From an uncultured Methylomirabilota bacterium (GTDB lineage Bacteria; Methylomirabilota; Methylomirabilia; Methylomirabilales; 2-02-FULL-66-22), in assembly GCA_963705305.1 (NCBI GenBank), contig OY970067.1, positions 135,549-199,548 of the forward strand: 64,000 nucleotides of DNA. The letters run 5' to 3'. The position numbers and the translations under genes were made by a program. This document shows positions 7,877-18,065 of the stretch, piece after piece. Numbering within the stretch: the stretch's first letter is position 1; each line of letters opens with the position of its first letter. Below the pieces are notes generated by a model that was not told where the DNA came from, ran no database searches, and saw only the letters and a list, made by a program, of their open reading frames with translations.

Positions 7877-9132
7877 GCGGCCTTTCCCGCGTCCTCGTCG
7901 TACTGGAGCAGGCGGCGCTCCCCCTCCAGGGCCCGCAGGGGCGTGAGATCCTGCGTCACCTCCAGCGTGCCGAGGTAGGCGCCCTGCTCGTCGCGCACCG
8001 GGAAGTAGCGGATGTGCACAAACTTGCCCCGGAAGGTGATCCAGAACTCGGCCACCATCCGCCGTCCGCTCTTGAAGTCGTCGAGGATCTGCCGGACGAC
8101 ATCCACGCTGGAAGCCGGGTGGCAATGCTGGACTTTGCGCCCCAGGATCACCTTGGTCCGGGCAAAGATCCGCTCCGGCCCCTCCGAGAAGTACCGCACG
8201 TTGTCGTCCGCATCCACGAAGGTGATGTCCGCGGGTAGGGTCCGGAGGATGCCGCGAACCTGGCCGGGCGTCAGGGCGCCGGTCGGGAAGAGCAGGCTTT
8301 CATTCGCCCCCACGGAGGCCACCCGGTCCGGCTGCGAGGCGGGGGGAGGCTGGTAGCCCTCGCGCGGCTCCACCAGGCACCAGCCGAATTCCGCCGAGTG
8401 CTGCCAGATCTCGGCCCACTCGTCTTCGGTCAGGGTCTTCAGTGCCATGGGCAGGAGAATGTTTTCTTCCTTGGAGATCATCTCCTCAACGGCCGCCAGG
8501 GCCGGCTCGGCGATCGTCTGGATGACGATCCGCCACTCGGCCGCCGTGGCGTCGCGGGCCGCCAGGGCCTCGCCCAGGGATTTGAGCAGGCCCCGGACCT
8601 CGTCGTCCTTTCCCCACATGACCTTGGATGGTCCGGTGACCTGATGCCGCTCCAGGCAGGAGAACAGGAGATACTCCTTCCGCCGGTAGTGCTTGTCCAC
8701 GTCCATCAACGCGTTGTAGCTCTGCCGCCAGGCGAGAAGCTCGTCGGCTGGAACGGCCCCGTCCGGCAGGGCGGCCACGCGGCCCATGGCCGCGCGCATC
8801 CCGCCCGCCGCCTCGCGGAGCGCCTGGTTCTCGCGCCGGAAGGTGTCCACCGGATGGCCCGGCGGGACCTCGGGAGTGGCCGGCTCGATCTGGACCAGGA
8901 TCTCGCGCAGGATCGAGGAATGGAGGTCGCACATGGACTGGACCTCCTGTACGGGCATGCCCTCGGCGATCAGCTCCTGCTCCATGGCCGCGATCTCCGA
9001 CGCGTTGGTCTCCCGCACCATGCTTCGCAGCTGTTCCCGCACGTCGGCCGGCGATCCCCCGCCGTGCAGGTGCTTGATGATGCCCTTCATGGTTTGGATG
9101 CGATGCATCCGGTTGTTGATCAGCTCGCTCAT
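7873..9132 (-). CDS. DUF438 family protein (hemerythrin-like + PAS-like C-terminus)
   Basis: 419 aa with IKHLHGGGSPADVREQLRSMVRE, HPVDTFRRENQAL, DKHYRRKEYLLFSCLERH, and C-terminal ITFVDADDNVRYFSEGPERIF..KVQHCHP. Confidence 0.8.
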   Translation of the reverse strand: MSELINNRMHRIQTMKGIIKHLHGGGSPADVREQLRSMVRETNASEIAAMEQELIAEGMPVQEVQSMCDLHSSILREILVQIEPATPEVPPGHPVDTFRRENQALREAAGGMRAAMGRVAALPDGAVPADELLAWRQSYNALMDVDKHYRRKEYLLFSCLERHQVTGPSKVMWGKDDEVRGLLKSLGEALAARDATAAEWRIVIQTIAEPALAAVEEMISKEENILLPMALKTLTEDEWAEIWQHSAEFGWCLVEPREGYQPPPASQPDRVASVGANESLLFPTGALTPGQVRGILRTLPADITFVDADDNVRYFSEGPERIFARTKVILGRKVQHCHPASSVDVVRQILDDFKSGRRMVAEFWITFRGKFVHIRYFPVRDEQGAYLGTLEVTQDLTPLRALEGERRLLQYDEDAGKAA

Positions 9133-9186
9133 GCTCTGCTCCGTTGTTTCCGAGGTTCGTACGCTTCGTGTCCCGATCGGTCCGTC

Positions 9187-9969
9187 CTATGCTCTCGCCG
9201 TCCGGGCCGGCGCCTGGCTGCCTTCCGCCACCTCTCCGCCAATGCCGATGGTGACGTCCGCGAGCAGCAGCGCACTCCCGGCCATCTCCATCGCAGACTG
9301 CGCGATCCGGGTCAGGCCCGAGCAGCAGGGGACCTCCATGTGGACGACGGTGAGGCTGGCGGGCTCCGCCGTCCGGATGATGTCGGCCAGCTTCTTCACA
9401 TACGGCTCGGTCTGGTCCAGCTTGGGGCAGCCGATGATGACCGGCTTCCCTCGCAGGAAGCGCCGGTGAAAGTCGGCGCAGGCGAACGGCACGCAATCCG
9501 CCACCAGCAGGATATCCGCGCCCTTGAAATAGGGCGCCGCGGGGGAGACCAGCGCCATCTGGACCGGCCAGTTCATCAACTCGGACGGCGCAGGGCGATC
9601 CGCGAGGCCATCCCCGCCGGAGGGCGCGGGCGCCCGACGGCCGAGACTTCGCATCATGGAGCCGGGACAGCCGCCGGGGGGGCTGGAGAGAACCGGGATC
9701 GACGGCGGCCGGACCTGTCGGGGTCGCAGGCGCTCCAGGTGGGCGTAAGTCTTAGCCTCGTCGAAGACCTCGGCCTCGCGCTTCTCGATGCTGATGGCCC
9801 CCTGCGGACAGTGCCCCAGGCAGGCTCCCAGTCCGTCGCAGTAAACCTCGCTCACCAGGCGGGCCTTCCCGTCGATGATCGCGATGGCCCCCTCGGCGCA
9901 GCCGGTCGCGCACTCCCCGCAGCCGTCGCACTTCTCCTCGTCGACCCGAATCACCTCGCGCAGCGCCAT
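9187..9969 (-). CDS. 4Fe-4S dicluster-domain iron-sulfur protein
   Basis: CDGCGECATGCAEGAI and CDGLGACLGHCPQGAI ferredoxin motifs, plus a Cys-rich C-terminal half (VADCVPFACADF, GCPKLD, EVPCCSG). Confidence 0.8.
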   Translation of the reverse strand: MALREVIRVDEEKCDGCGECATGCAEGAIAIIDGKARLVSEVYCDGLGACLGHCPQGAISIEKREAEVFDEAKTYAHLERLRPRQVRPPSIPVLSSPPGGCPGSMMRSLGRRAPAPSGGDGLADRPAPSELMNWPVQMALVSPAAPYFKGADILLVADCVPFACADFHRRFLRGKPVIIGCPKLDQTEPYVKKLADIIRTAEPASLTVVHMEVPCCSGLTRIAQSAMEMAGSALLLADVTIGIGGEVAEGSQAPARTARA

Positions 9970-10015
9970 CGTCGGGCTCCTTCTCCCACCGGCCGGTTTT
10001 CCTCCAAGGATCGCT

Positions 10016-10044
10016 TTGCTGTTCTTCCCTGGCTGGCATATAAT
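10016..10044 (+). promoter_or_regulatory. Sigma-70-type promoter of the Crp/Fnr gene
   Basis: TTGCTG(10016-10021)-17 nt-TATAAT(10039-10044). The FNR-type box then falls just downstream of the predicted start site. Confidence 0.5.
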
Positions 10045-10067
10045 GCTCCAGCTGCCCCGGCCGGTCC

Positions 10068-10081
10068 TTGATTTGTATCAA
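10068..10081. promoter_or_regulatory. FNR/DNR/NnrR-type operator TTGAT-N4-ATCAA
   Basis: Perfect palindrome TTGATTTGTATCAA in the 144-bp divergent intergenic region between the 4Fe-4S operon and the Crp/Fnr gene. Confidence 0.7.
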
Positions 10082-10113
10082 GTCTCACAACCCGCCGCCG
10101 ACAGGGAGGTTTC

Positions 10114-10800
10114 GTGCCGCGCGAGGCGTCCGATGTCCTGGCAGCTTGCTCGTTCTTCTCGCAGGCGGATGGCGCCAGCCGGACGCGTCTGATCCGCATG
10201 GCCGTCCTCAAGGAATTCGCCAAGGGTGAGGCGATCTTCCGGGAGGGAGAGCCCGTGCCGGGGCTTTACGTTGTGGCCAGCGGGCTGGTGCGGATTTACC
10301 GGCTGGCCCCCAGCGGCAAGGAGCACGTCCTGCATCTGGCATCCGCCGGGATGACCTTCGCCGAGGTGGCCGTCCTCGGCGAGTTCCCCTGCCCCGCCTT
10401 TGCCGAGGCGCTGGAGAAGACGGCCTGCGTCCTGCTCCCCGCCCGGAGTTTGTTGCAGGCCCTGCGCGAGGATCACCGGCTGTGTCTCCAGATCCTCTCC
10501 AGCATGGCGGTCTGGGTGCGCTCATTCGTCACCCTTCTGGAGGGCATCGTCCTACGGGATGCGGCCGGACGGGTGGCCGGCTACCTGCTGCAGGCCCATG
10601 CCGAGCAGGGATCGGTCATCGCGCTCCCCGGCCTCAAGAAACACATTGCCAGCCACCTGAATTTGACCAGCGAGACTCTGTCGCGAACCCTCCGCCAGTT
10701 GCGGGAGGAGCGCCTGATCAGCGAGACGGACGGCGGCCTGGTGATCGAGGATCCGGCGGGCCTGCGGCGAGTCACCGAGGGATTCTACCCGTGCCTCTGA
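10114..10800 (+). CDS. Crp/Fnr family transcriptional regulator
   Basis: cNMP-binding-like beta-barrel (IFREGEPVPGLYVVASGLVRIYR) and C-terminal HTH (HIASHLNLTSETLSRTLRQLREERLI). GTG start follows GGGAGG. Confidence 0.9.
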   Translation: MPREASDVLAACSFFSQADGASRTRLIRMAVLKEFAKGEAIFREGEPVPGLYVVASGLVRIYRLAPSGKEHVLHLASAGMTFAEVAVLGEFPCPAFAEALEKTACVLLPARSLLQALREDHRLCLQILSSMAVWVRSFVTLLEGIVLRDAAGRVAGYLLQAHAEQGSVIALPGLKKHIASHLNLTSETLSRTLRQLREERLISETDGGLVIEDPAGLRRVTEGFYPCL

Positions 10801-11032
10801 GGGATATTCGACCGTCCGTCCGATGGGGTGGGGGCCCGCCCAGACGTTGATGCATCCGGACTCGCGATGATTCCCTTCCCCTTTTTTCCTCCTTCCGCCT
10901 TGCGCCGCCATGACGTGGAACGAAGCGCGGTGAGGTCGATCTCGCCAGCGCGGCAGGCCCAGGGTCACCGTCCCCTGCGCAGGCCCTGACGCCAAAACCG
11001 GTACCATGCCACCTCACTCCTGCCCACACCTA

Positions 11033-11049
11033 TGTGGCACGCTGCCACA
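11033..11049. promoter_or_regulatory. Palindrome TGTGGCA-N3-TGCCACA, candidate enhancer-binding-protein site (UAS)
   Basis: Perfect 7-bp inverted repeat centred about 105 bp upstream of the -24/-12 element at 11146. An AT-rich stretch (GATTATAACA) lies between them. Confidence 0.4.
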
Positions 11050-11145
11050 TGGTAGGCGCCAAGGCGCTGCCATCAAGTCTACCCTGCCAGGCTAACCCAT
11101 GATTATAACAGGAGTCCCTTCCTAGCCGGCGGCCTCAGTTCAGGC

Positions 11146-11161
11146 TGGCACGGCAGGTGCT
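11146..11161 (+). promoter_or_regulatory. Sigma-54 (-24/-12) promoter
   Basis: TGGCACGGCAGGTGCT matches TGGCAC-N5-TTGCW with correct GG/GC spacing. It lies about 55 nt upstream of ATG 11217. Confidence 0.65.
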
Positions 11162-11216
11162 CCTGGCAGGAGTGCTATTGGCCGCAAGGTTGGCTTTGAA
11201 GTTCTGTGGGGATTAG

Positions 11217-11663
11217 ATGAATCCTCGGGTGCTGGTGGTGGACGACGACGCCGAGAACTGCCGGGTATTGAGTGAGCTGCTGGCAGCCGAGGGCTTCGAT
11301 TCGCTTCCCTACGAGAGTGGGGAGGCGGCCTGGCAGGCCCTGAAGACCCGAGAGGTCCAGCCGGACATCGTGGTGGCGGATATGCGCATGCCGGGCCTTG
11401 ACGGGATTGCGCTGCTCCGCCGCATCAAGGCCGACTTTGCTGCGATCCCCGTCGTGCTCGTGTCCGCCTTCGCCGACGAAGCCGTCTGGGCGGAGGGCTT
11501 GCGAGCGGGCGCGATCGACGTATTCCCCAAGCCGATTCAAGGCACATCCCTGGTGCGGGTCCTGCGAAAGGTGATGGAGATGTGCCGGACGCAGGGATCC
11601 GCGGTCGGTGAAACCCCTGATCCCCGATCGGCGGGGATTATACAACTGTGGAGGGAACCATGA
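11217..11663 (+). CDS. Single-domain (CheY-like) response regulator
   Basis: VLVVDDDAENC..DIVVADMRMPGLDG..VLVSAF..FPKP. Confidence 0.9.
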   Translation: MNPRVLVVDDDAENCRVLSELLAAEGFDSLPYESGEAAWQALKTREVQPDIVVADMRMPGLDGIALLRRIKADFAAIPVVLVSAFADEAVWAEGLRAGAIDVFPKPIQGTSLVRVLRKVMEMCRTQGSAVGETPDPRSAGIIQLWREP

Positions 11664-11941
11664 AGAAGATGCTGGTGGTGTTGCTGGCGACGTTCTTTGC
11701 GATGGTGAGCCTGGCAGCGGCCGCGGATATCGAGGGCACGATCCAGTCCGTAGATCCTGCCAACAGCCAGGTCGTCCTCCAGGACGGGACCACCCTGACC
11801 ACGGACGAGAACACAACCATCACAATGGGGGGCAACGAAGCCAAGCTGGAGGAGCTGAAGGAAGGGACCAAGGTGAAGGCCAGCTATGAAGAGAAGGACG
11901 GAAAGAACGTGGCGTCCAGCGTCGAGGTAAGCGGAGAGTAG
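11660..11941 (+). CDS. Small secreted protein, DUF1344-like
   Basis: ATG 11660 follows GGAGGG and overlaps the upstream stop (ATGA). Signal peptide MKKMLVVLLATFFAMVSLAAAA. Mature part EGTIQSVDPANSQVVLQDGTTL..LKEGTKVKASYEEKDGKNVASSVEV. Confidence 0.6.
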   Translation: MKKMLVVLLATFFAMVSLAAAADIEGTIQSVDPANSQVVLQDGTTLTTDENTTITMGGNEAKLEELKEGTKVKASYEEKDGKNVASSVEVSGE

Positions 11942-11954
11942 CGGACGCGGTCCT

Positions 11955-11989
11955 GGCAGGACGCTTTCCGGCGCGGAGAGCGTCCTGCC
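11955..11989. terminator. GC-rich hairpin between convergent genes (putative terminator, no U-tract)
   Basis: Perfect 11-bp stem GGCAGGACGCT/AGCGTCCTGCC with a 13-nt loop. Confidence 0.4.
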
Positions 11990-12140
11990 TCCGGCGCCGG
12001 CACCTTGGGCCCAGACGCCCCGCCGGTGTCTCCATCCCCATGGACCCCATGAGGGATGGTCATCCGCGCGGGCTGTGGCGCCGCCCGCCGCGGGAGTGGC
12101 TCCCCCAATGCCCCGCTCTTGCAGGAACCGGCCATGGCCC

Positions 12141-12932
12141 TCAGTCGCTCCCCACGCCGGCAGCCTTCAAGAACTGCCGGATCTTCGCCAGGGGAACAAC
12201 GAAGGTCTCGCCCGGCATGGGCACCCGAACCGAATAGTTCCCCCCTCCTTCGCGGACGGCGACCGACGCCGTTCCAAACCCCTCCACCACGCCGAGCAGT
12301 TCTCCGGTCCCCGCGCGGAATACTCCTCCGCCGCTCACGCCGTTCGCCGCCACCGCGTCCACCATCAGGCTGTCCTCGGTCCCCTCGCCGGCGGCCGCTT
12401 CCTGCTTTTCCTTGCTGTCGGTAGGGACCTCGCTCACGATGCCGCTGAATAGCCCCAATCGCCTCCCCCAGGGGAAGCCCACCACCAGAATATCCTCTCC
12501 CAGACGGGCGTCTTCGGTATCGCCGATGTCGACGGGCGGGGCGGCAACTCCCGGGACACGGAGCAGCGCCAGATCCTGGGTGCTGGAGTTTCCCCTCAGG
12601 ACCAGGCCGGCCCCAAGCTTCCGCCCGGGCGCCACGGCCCCCGTGAAGCGGACGAACACTTGCGCGTCGTCCTTCCCATCCAGGAGATGGGCGGACGTGA
12701 GAATATACGACACCGGCTGAGAGCCCGGATCCTCGGTCTTGGAGGCGACGACGACCCCGGAACCCGCGCCTACCCGGCGCCCGCCGCGCTCGACGAGGAC
12801 CTTGGCGGTCGAAGCCACGATCCGGTCCACGACCGTCTGCCGGACGTCCGGGACGGAGGCCCCGCTCGCCGCACAACCCGCCAGGGCGAGCAGGAGGGCG
12901 GCGGCGATTCCGCAGCGGGCACACCCGCCCAT
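12141..12932 (-). CDS. Trypsin-like (S1) serine protease lipoprotein
   Basis: Lipobox LLLALAGC. Catalytic triad contexts LTSAHLL, DLALLRV and NGVSGGGVF. Confidence 0.8.
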   Translation of the reverse strand: MGGCARCGIAAALLLALAGCAASGASVPDVRQTVVDRIVASTAKVLVERGGRRVGAGSGVVVASKTEDPGSQPVSYILTSAHLLDGKDDAQVFVRFTGAVAPGRKLGAGLVLRGNSSTQDLALLRVPGVAAPPVDIGDTEDARLGEDILVVGFPWGRRLGLFSGIVSEVPTDSKEKQEAAAGEGTEDSLMVDAVAANGVSGGGVFRAGTGELLGVVEGFGTASVAVREGGGNYSVRVPMPGETFVVPLAKIRQFLKAAGVGSD

Positions 12933-13122
12933 GTCCGGGCCCCGGCCGCCGGCGATCCGGGGCCAGGAAGCTGCGCAAGCGCGGGTTTGAATGTGGGTCA
13001 CAGCTTCGCCCATTGGGGCACTATACCTTGTCCATTACTGCACGCAAAGGGCAAACGCTCGGGGGTCGGCATGCTGCCCGCGGCAGCCAGGGTCGATCCA
13101 TCCGTCACCGAAAGCACTCTGG

Positions 13123-13151
13123 ATGACACCGGGGTTGCATTGAGCTAAGAT
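13123..13151 (+). promoter_or_regulatory. Sigma-70-type promoter of the kinase/activator pair
   Basis: ATGACA-17 nt-TAAGAT, about 35 nt upstream of ATG 13185. Confidence 0.4.
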
Positions 13152-13184
13152 ATCGTCCCGGGAAGGGCCTATGCGGTCCGACCG

Positions 13185-14743
<1,559 letters not shown>

Positions 14744-14744
<1 letters not shown>

Positions 14745-16129
14745 TGAACGCAGCCCGCCTGCTGGTGGTGGATGACGACACAGCATCCCGCGAGGCGGTC
14801 GCCGAGGCGTTGCGGGCCGAGGGTTACACGGTTGAGACGGCGGCGGGCGGGCGGGCGGCGCTGGCGCTCTGCCGCGAGCGGATCTTCGATGTGGTCGTGT
14901 CGGACATCCGGATGCCGGACCTGGACGGCCTGAGCCTGCTCCGCGGCCTTCGCGAGACCCATCCCCAGCTGAGCGTCATCCTGATGACCGCCTTCGGCAC
15001 CGTGGAGGCCGCGCTGGAGGCGATCAAGCAGGGAGCCTATGATTACGTCAGCAAGCCGCTCCGGCTGGACGAGCTGCTGCTCACAGTGCGGCGGGCCCTG
15101 GCCCATCGCCGGCTCATCCAGGAGAACCTGGAATTCCGCCGGGTCCTCCAGGACCGCTATCAGCTGGCCAACATCGTCGGCGTCAGCCCCTCCATGATCG
15201 AGGTGTTCAAGTTGATCGCCCGGGTGGCCGCCTCGCGCAGCACGGTCCTGATCACCGGCGAGAGCGGCACCGGCAAGGAGGTCGTCGCCCGGGCGCTGCA
15301 TTTCAACGGGCCGCGCGCCAGCGCCCCCTTCGTCACCATCGACTGTGGCGGGCTGGCCGAGGGCCTCCTGGAAAGCGAGCTGTTCGGCCACGTCCGGGGG
15401 GCCTTCACCGGAGCCACCACGGCCCGCCGCGGACTCTTCGAGGCCGGCCATACCGGCACGGTCTTCCTGGACGAGATCGGCGACATCGGGCCCAACATCC
15501 AGGCCAAACTCCTGCGGGTCCTCGAGCTCCAGGAGGTCAAGCCGGTGGGGGGCAACCAGCCGGTCCACATCGACGTCCGGCTGATTGCCGCCACCAACAA
15601 GGACCTGCTGACCGAGATCCGTGAGGGCCGCTTCCGCGAGGATCTTTTCTACCGCCTCAACGTGGTGGGTATCCACCTGCCGCCCCTGCGCGAGCGGCGG
15701 GAGGATATTCCCGCCCTGGCCCAGCATTTCCTCCGAAAGTATGCCGCGGCCAACGGCAAGGTCCTGGACCGGTTCGCGACCGAGACGATGGCGCTGCTCG
15801 AGCGGTATCCCTGGCCCGGGAATGTGCGGGAGCTGGAGAACGCCGTGGAGCGGGCGGTGGCAGTGAGCAGCCATCCCATCGTGCTCCCCGACGATCTCCC
15901 GACCCACCTCGTGTCGCCGGCCGGGTCGGCTGGCCAGTCGAGCGAGCCGGAGCTCGGTCCCCTGCTGCCCTTGGACGATCTCATCCGGGGACATGTCATG
16001 CGGGTGCTCGATGCCACCGGCGGGAACAAGAAGCGGACCGCCGAGATCCTCGGCGTGGACCGACGCACCCTCTATCGCATGCTGGGTCGCTACGGAGCGG
16101 CCGCCGGGGATTTGCCTCCCGACGCGTGA
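14744..16129 (+). CDS. Sigma-54-dependent NtrC-family response regulator (REC-AAA+-Fis HTH)
   Basis: REC (LLVVDDD, SDIRMPDLDG), Walker A GESGTGKE, the sigma-54 contact loop GAFTGA, ESELFGH, and C-terminal HTH RTAEILGVDRRTLYRML. The start overlaps the kinase stop (TGATG). Confidence 0.95.
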
Positions 16130-16284
16130 GACCCTTCCCCTCGCCTTTCGGCGGGGCCTCCCACTCCTCCTGCTTCCGGCCCGCTCGCCTTGCGCACCCG
16201 CGGGCCGCCCGCCGACCTGCGCGGTTCCCGAGGGCATCGAGCGGCGAGGCCACTTGACGCGGCCCCCCCGGCACCGTATCATTC

Positions 16285-16380
16285 GCCAGTGCGGGAGTCC
16301 GGTGGAGCCGGGCTGAGAGGGCGGCCAATCCTGCCGCCGACCGTCGGAACCTGACCTGGGTAATGCCAGCGTAGGGAGAC
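16285..16380 (+). promoter_or_regulatory. TPP (THI-box) riboswitch
   Basis: GGGAGUCC..GGGCUGAGAGG..GACCGUCGGAACCUGACCUGGGUAAUGCCAGCGUAGGGAG matches the conserved CUGAGA and ACCUGAUCUGGAUAAUGCCAGCGUAGGGA cores of the thiM-type aptamer. Confidence 0.85.
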
Positions 16381-16633
16381 CGGCATGCCTTCGATTCCTT
16401 CCCCCACCAGAATCCGTTCCTCTGTCTGCCTGCCGGCCGGTTCCGTGATCCTCCGTCCCTTCCTGGGCTTCCCGCTTCGACTCCGCGCGCGTGGAAACCG
16501 TCACCCTGTGACCGAGGGCCGCAGCCGCGGGCGACACTGAGCGCCGCTCAGCGGGTGCCGCGGAGGCTCCCGGCCGCAGGACAGACGACGCGCCCTTCTG
16601 CAACGGGGGGTCGAAGAACGAGGGGGGGTATCC

Positions 16634-17998
16634 ATGGTGGATCTCGTTCGGCAGGCCCAGGCTCACGGCATCCGGCCGGTGCCTCCGGATGCCCGGCACC
16701 TGAGCGGGTTCGATACGTTCGTCCTCTGGGCTGACCTTGGGATCAGCCTGCTGGTCATGGTGGTCGGCATGTTCCTGGTGCCGGGGCTCGGCCTCGGCGC
16801 GGCACTCGCCGCCATCGTGGTCGGCTCATTGATCGGCAATCTGCTCCTCGGCCTGGTGGGGACCATGGGCGCCGACACCGGCGTTCCGACCATGGTCCTG
16901 TTCCGGCCGGTGCTGGGTCTTCGCGGCTCGTACGTGCCCACCGTCCTCAACATCCTGCAGCTGCTGGGCTGGGCCACGTTCGAGATCATCGTCATGGCCC
17001 AGGCGGCCGCCCTGCTGAGCCAGCGGCTCTTCGGCATGGGCCACTATCTGGGGTGGGTGGTCTTCTTCACACTGCTCTCGGCGCTCATGGCGTACGGCGG
17101 CCCCGTACTCGTCGTCAAGCAGTGGATGGAGAAGTTCGCCGTCTGGGGTGTGATCGTCACGATGCTGTGGGTGACCTACGCGGTGCTGACCACCTACGAC
17201 CTCCGCGCCCTCTGGGCCAAGCCGGCCACGGGCGAGATGTCCTTCTGGCTGGCGGTGGATCTGGCGGCAGTCATGCCGATCTCCTGGGTGCCCCTCGTCG
17301 CCGACTACAGCCGCTTCGCCCGGAGCCGCAGGGGGGCGTTCTGGGGGACGGGCGTCGGCTACTTTGTTTCGCAGGTCTGGTTCTACGCCCTCGGCGTCCT
17401 GCTCGGTTTGTCGGCCGCGGTCGCCACGGACCCCAGTGCGCCGATCAACCCGCTGCTCGCCGCCATCGCCGGCCTCACCGCCGGATGGGTCTCTCTCCTG
17501 ATCCTCCTCTTTGGTGAGACGGATGAGGGGTTCGCCAACATCTACTCCGCCGCCGTCTCGGCGCAGAACATCTTCGCTCGCACGGGTCAGCGCACGCTCA
17601 CCCTGGCCGTCTCGGCCGTCGTGTTCGTGCTGGCGGCGACCATTCCGCTGGTCCAGTACGAAAGCTTCCTACTCCTCATCGGCTCGATCTTCGTCCCGCT
17701 CTTGGGGGTGATCACGGCCGACTACTTCGTCCTGCGGCACCGGCGATACGACGTGGAGGAGATCTATCGCGAAGGAGGCCGCTACTGGTACGGGACCGGC
17801 GTCAACTGGGTGGCCGTGCGGGTGTGGCTGCTGGGGATCGTCCTGTACCTGGTGATCGCCGGACTGCCGGAGCTCGGGCTGCCGGGCCTGGCCCCGTGGA
17901 TGGGCGCGACGCTGCCGACGTTCCTGTTCGGCTTCGCGGCCTACGCGCTGGCCGGCCGGCGGATTGAGCGGCGGACCCCCTCCCCCGCGGCGATCTAG
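16634..17998 (+). CDS. cytX: NCS1-family permease, CytX-like (hydroxymethylpyrimidine/thiamine-precursor transporter)
   Basis: A 12-TM-type protein with GIRPVPPDARHLSGFDTFVLWADLGISLL. The TPP riboswitch upstream supports the CytX assignment. Confidence 0.8.
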   Translation: MVDLVRQAQAHGIRPVPPDARHLSGFDTFVLWADLGISLLVMVVGMFLVPGLGLGAALAAIVVGSLIGNLLLGLVGTMGADTGVPTMVLFRPVLGLRGSYVPTVLNILQLLGWATFEIIVMAQAAALLSQRLFGMGHYLGWVVFFTLLSALMAYGGPVLVVKQWMEKFAVWGVIVTMLWVTYAVLTTYDLRALWAKPATGEMSFWLAVDLAAVMPISWVPLVADYSRFARSRRGAFWGTGVGYFVSQVWFYALGVLLGLSAAVATDPSAPINPLLAAIAGLTAGWVSLLILLFGETDEGFANIYSAAVSAQNIFARTGQRTLTLAVSAVVFVLAATIPLVQYESFLLLIGSIFVPLLGVITADYFVLRHRRYDVEEIYREGGRYWYGTGVNWVAVRVWLLGIVLYLVIAGLPELGLPGLAPWMGATLPTFLFGFAAYALAGRRIERRTPSPAAI

Positions 17999-18065
17999 GC
18001 CGGCGCGCGCCCGCTGGAGACTGGCGGCTTCAAGCAGAGAAAGGATGTCCGCCCAAGGGATCGGC

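Noticed and set aside
11036-11051. TGGCAC inside the palindrome TGTGGCACGCTGCCACA as a second sigma-54 promoter.
   Set aside because: There is no TTGC/GC element at the required spacing (TGGCAC-GCTGC-CACA). It is better explained as half of an inverted-repeat protein-binding site.
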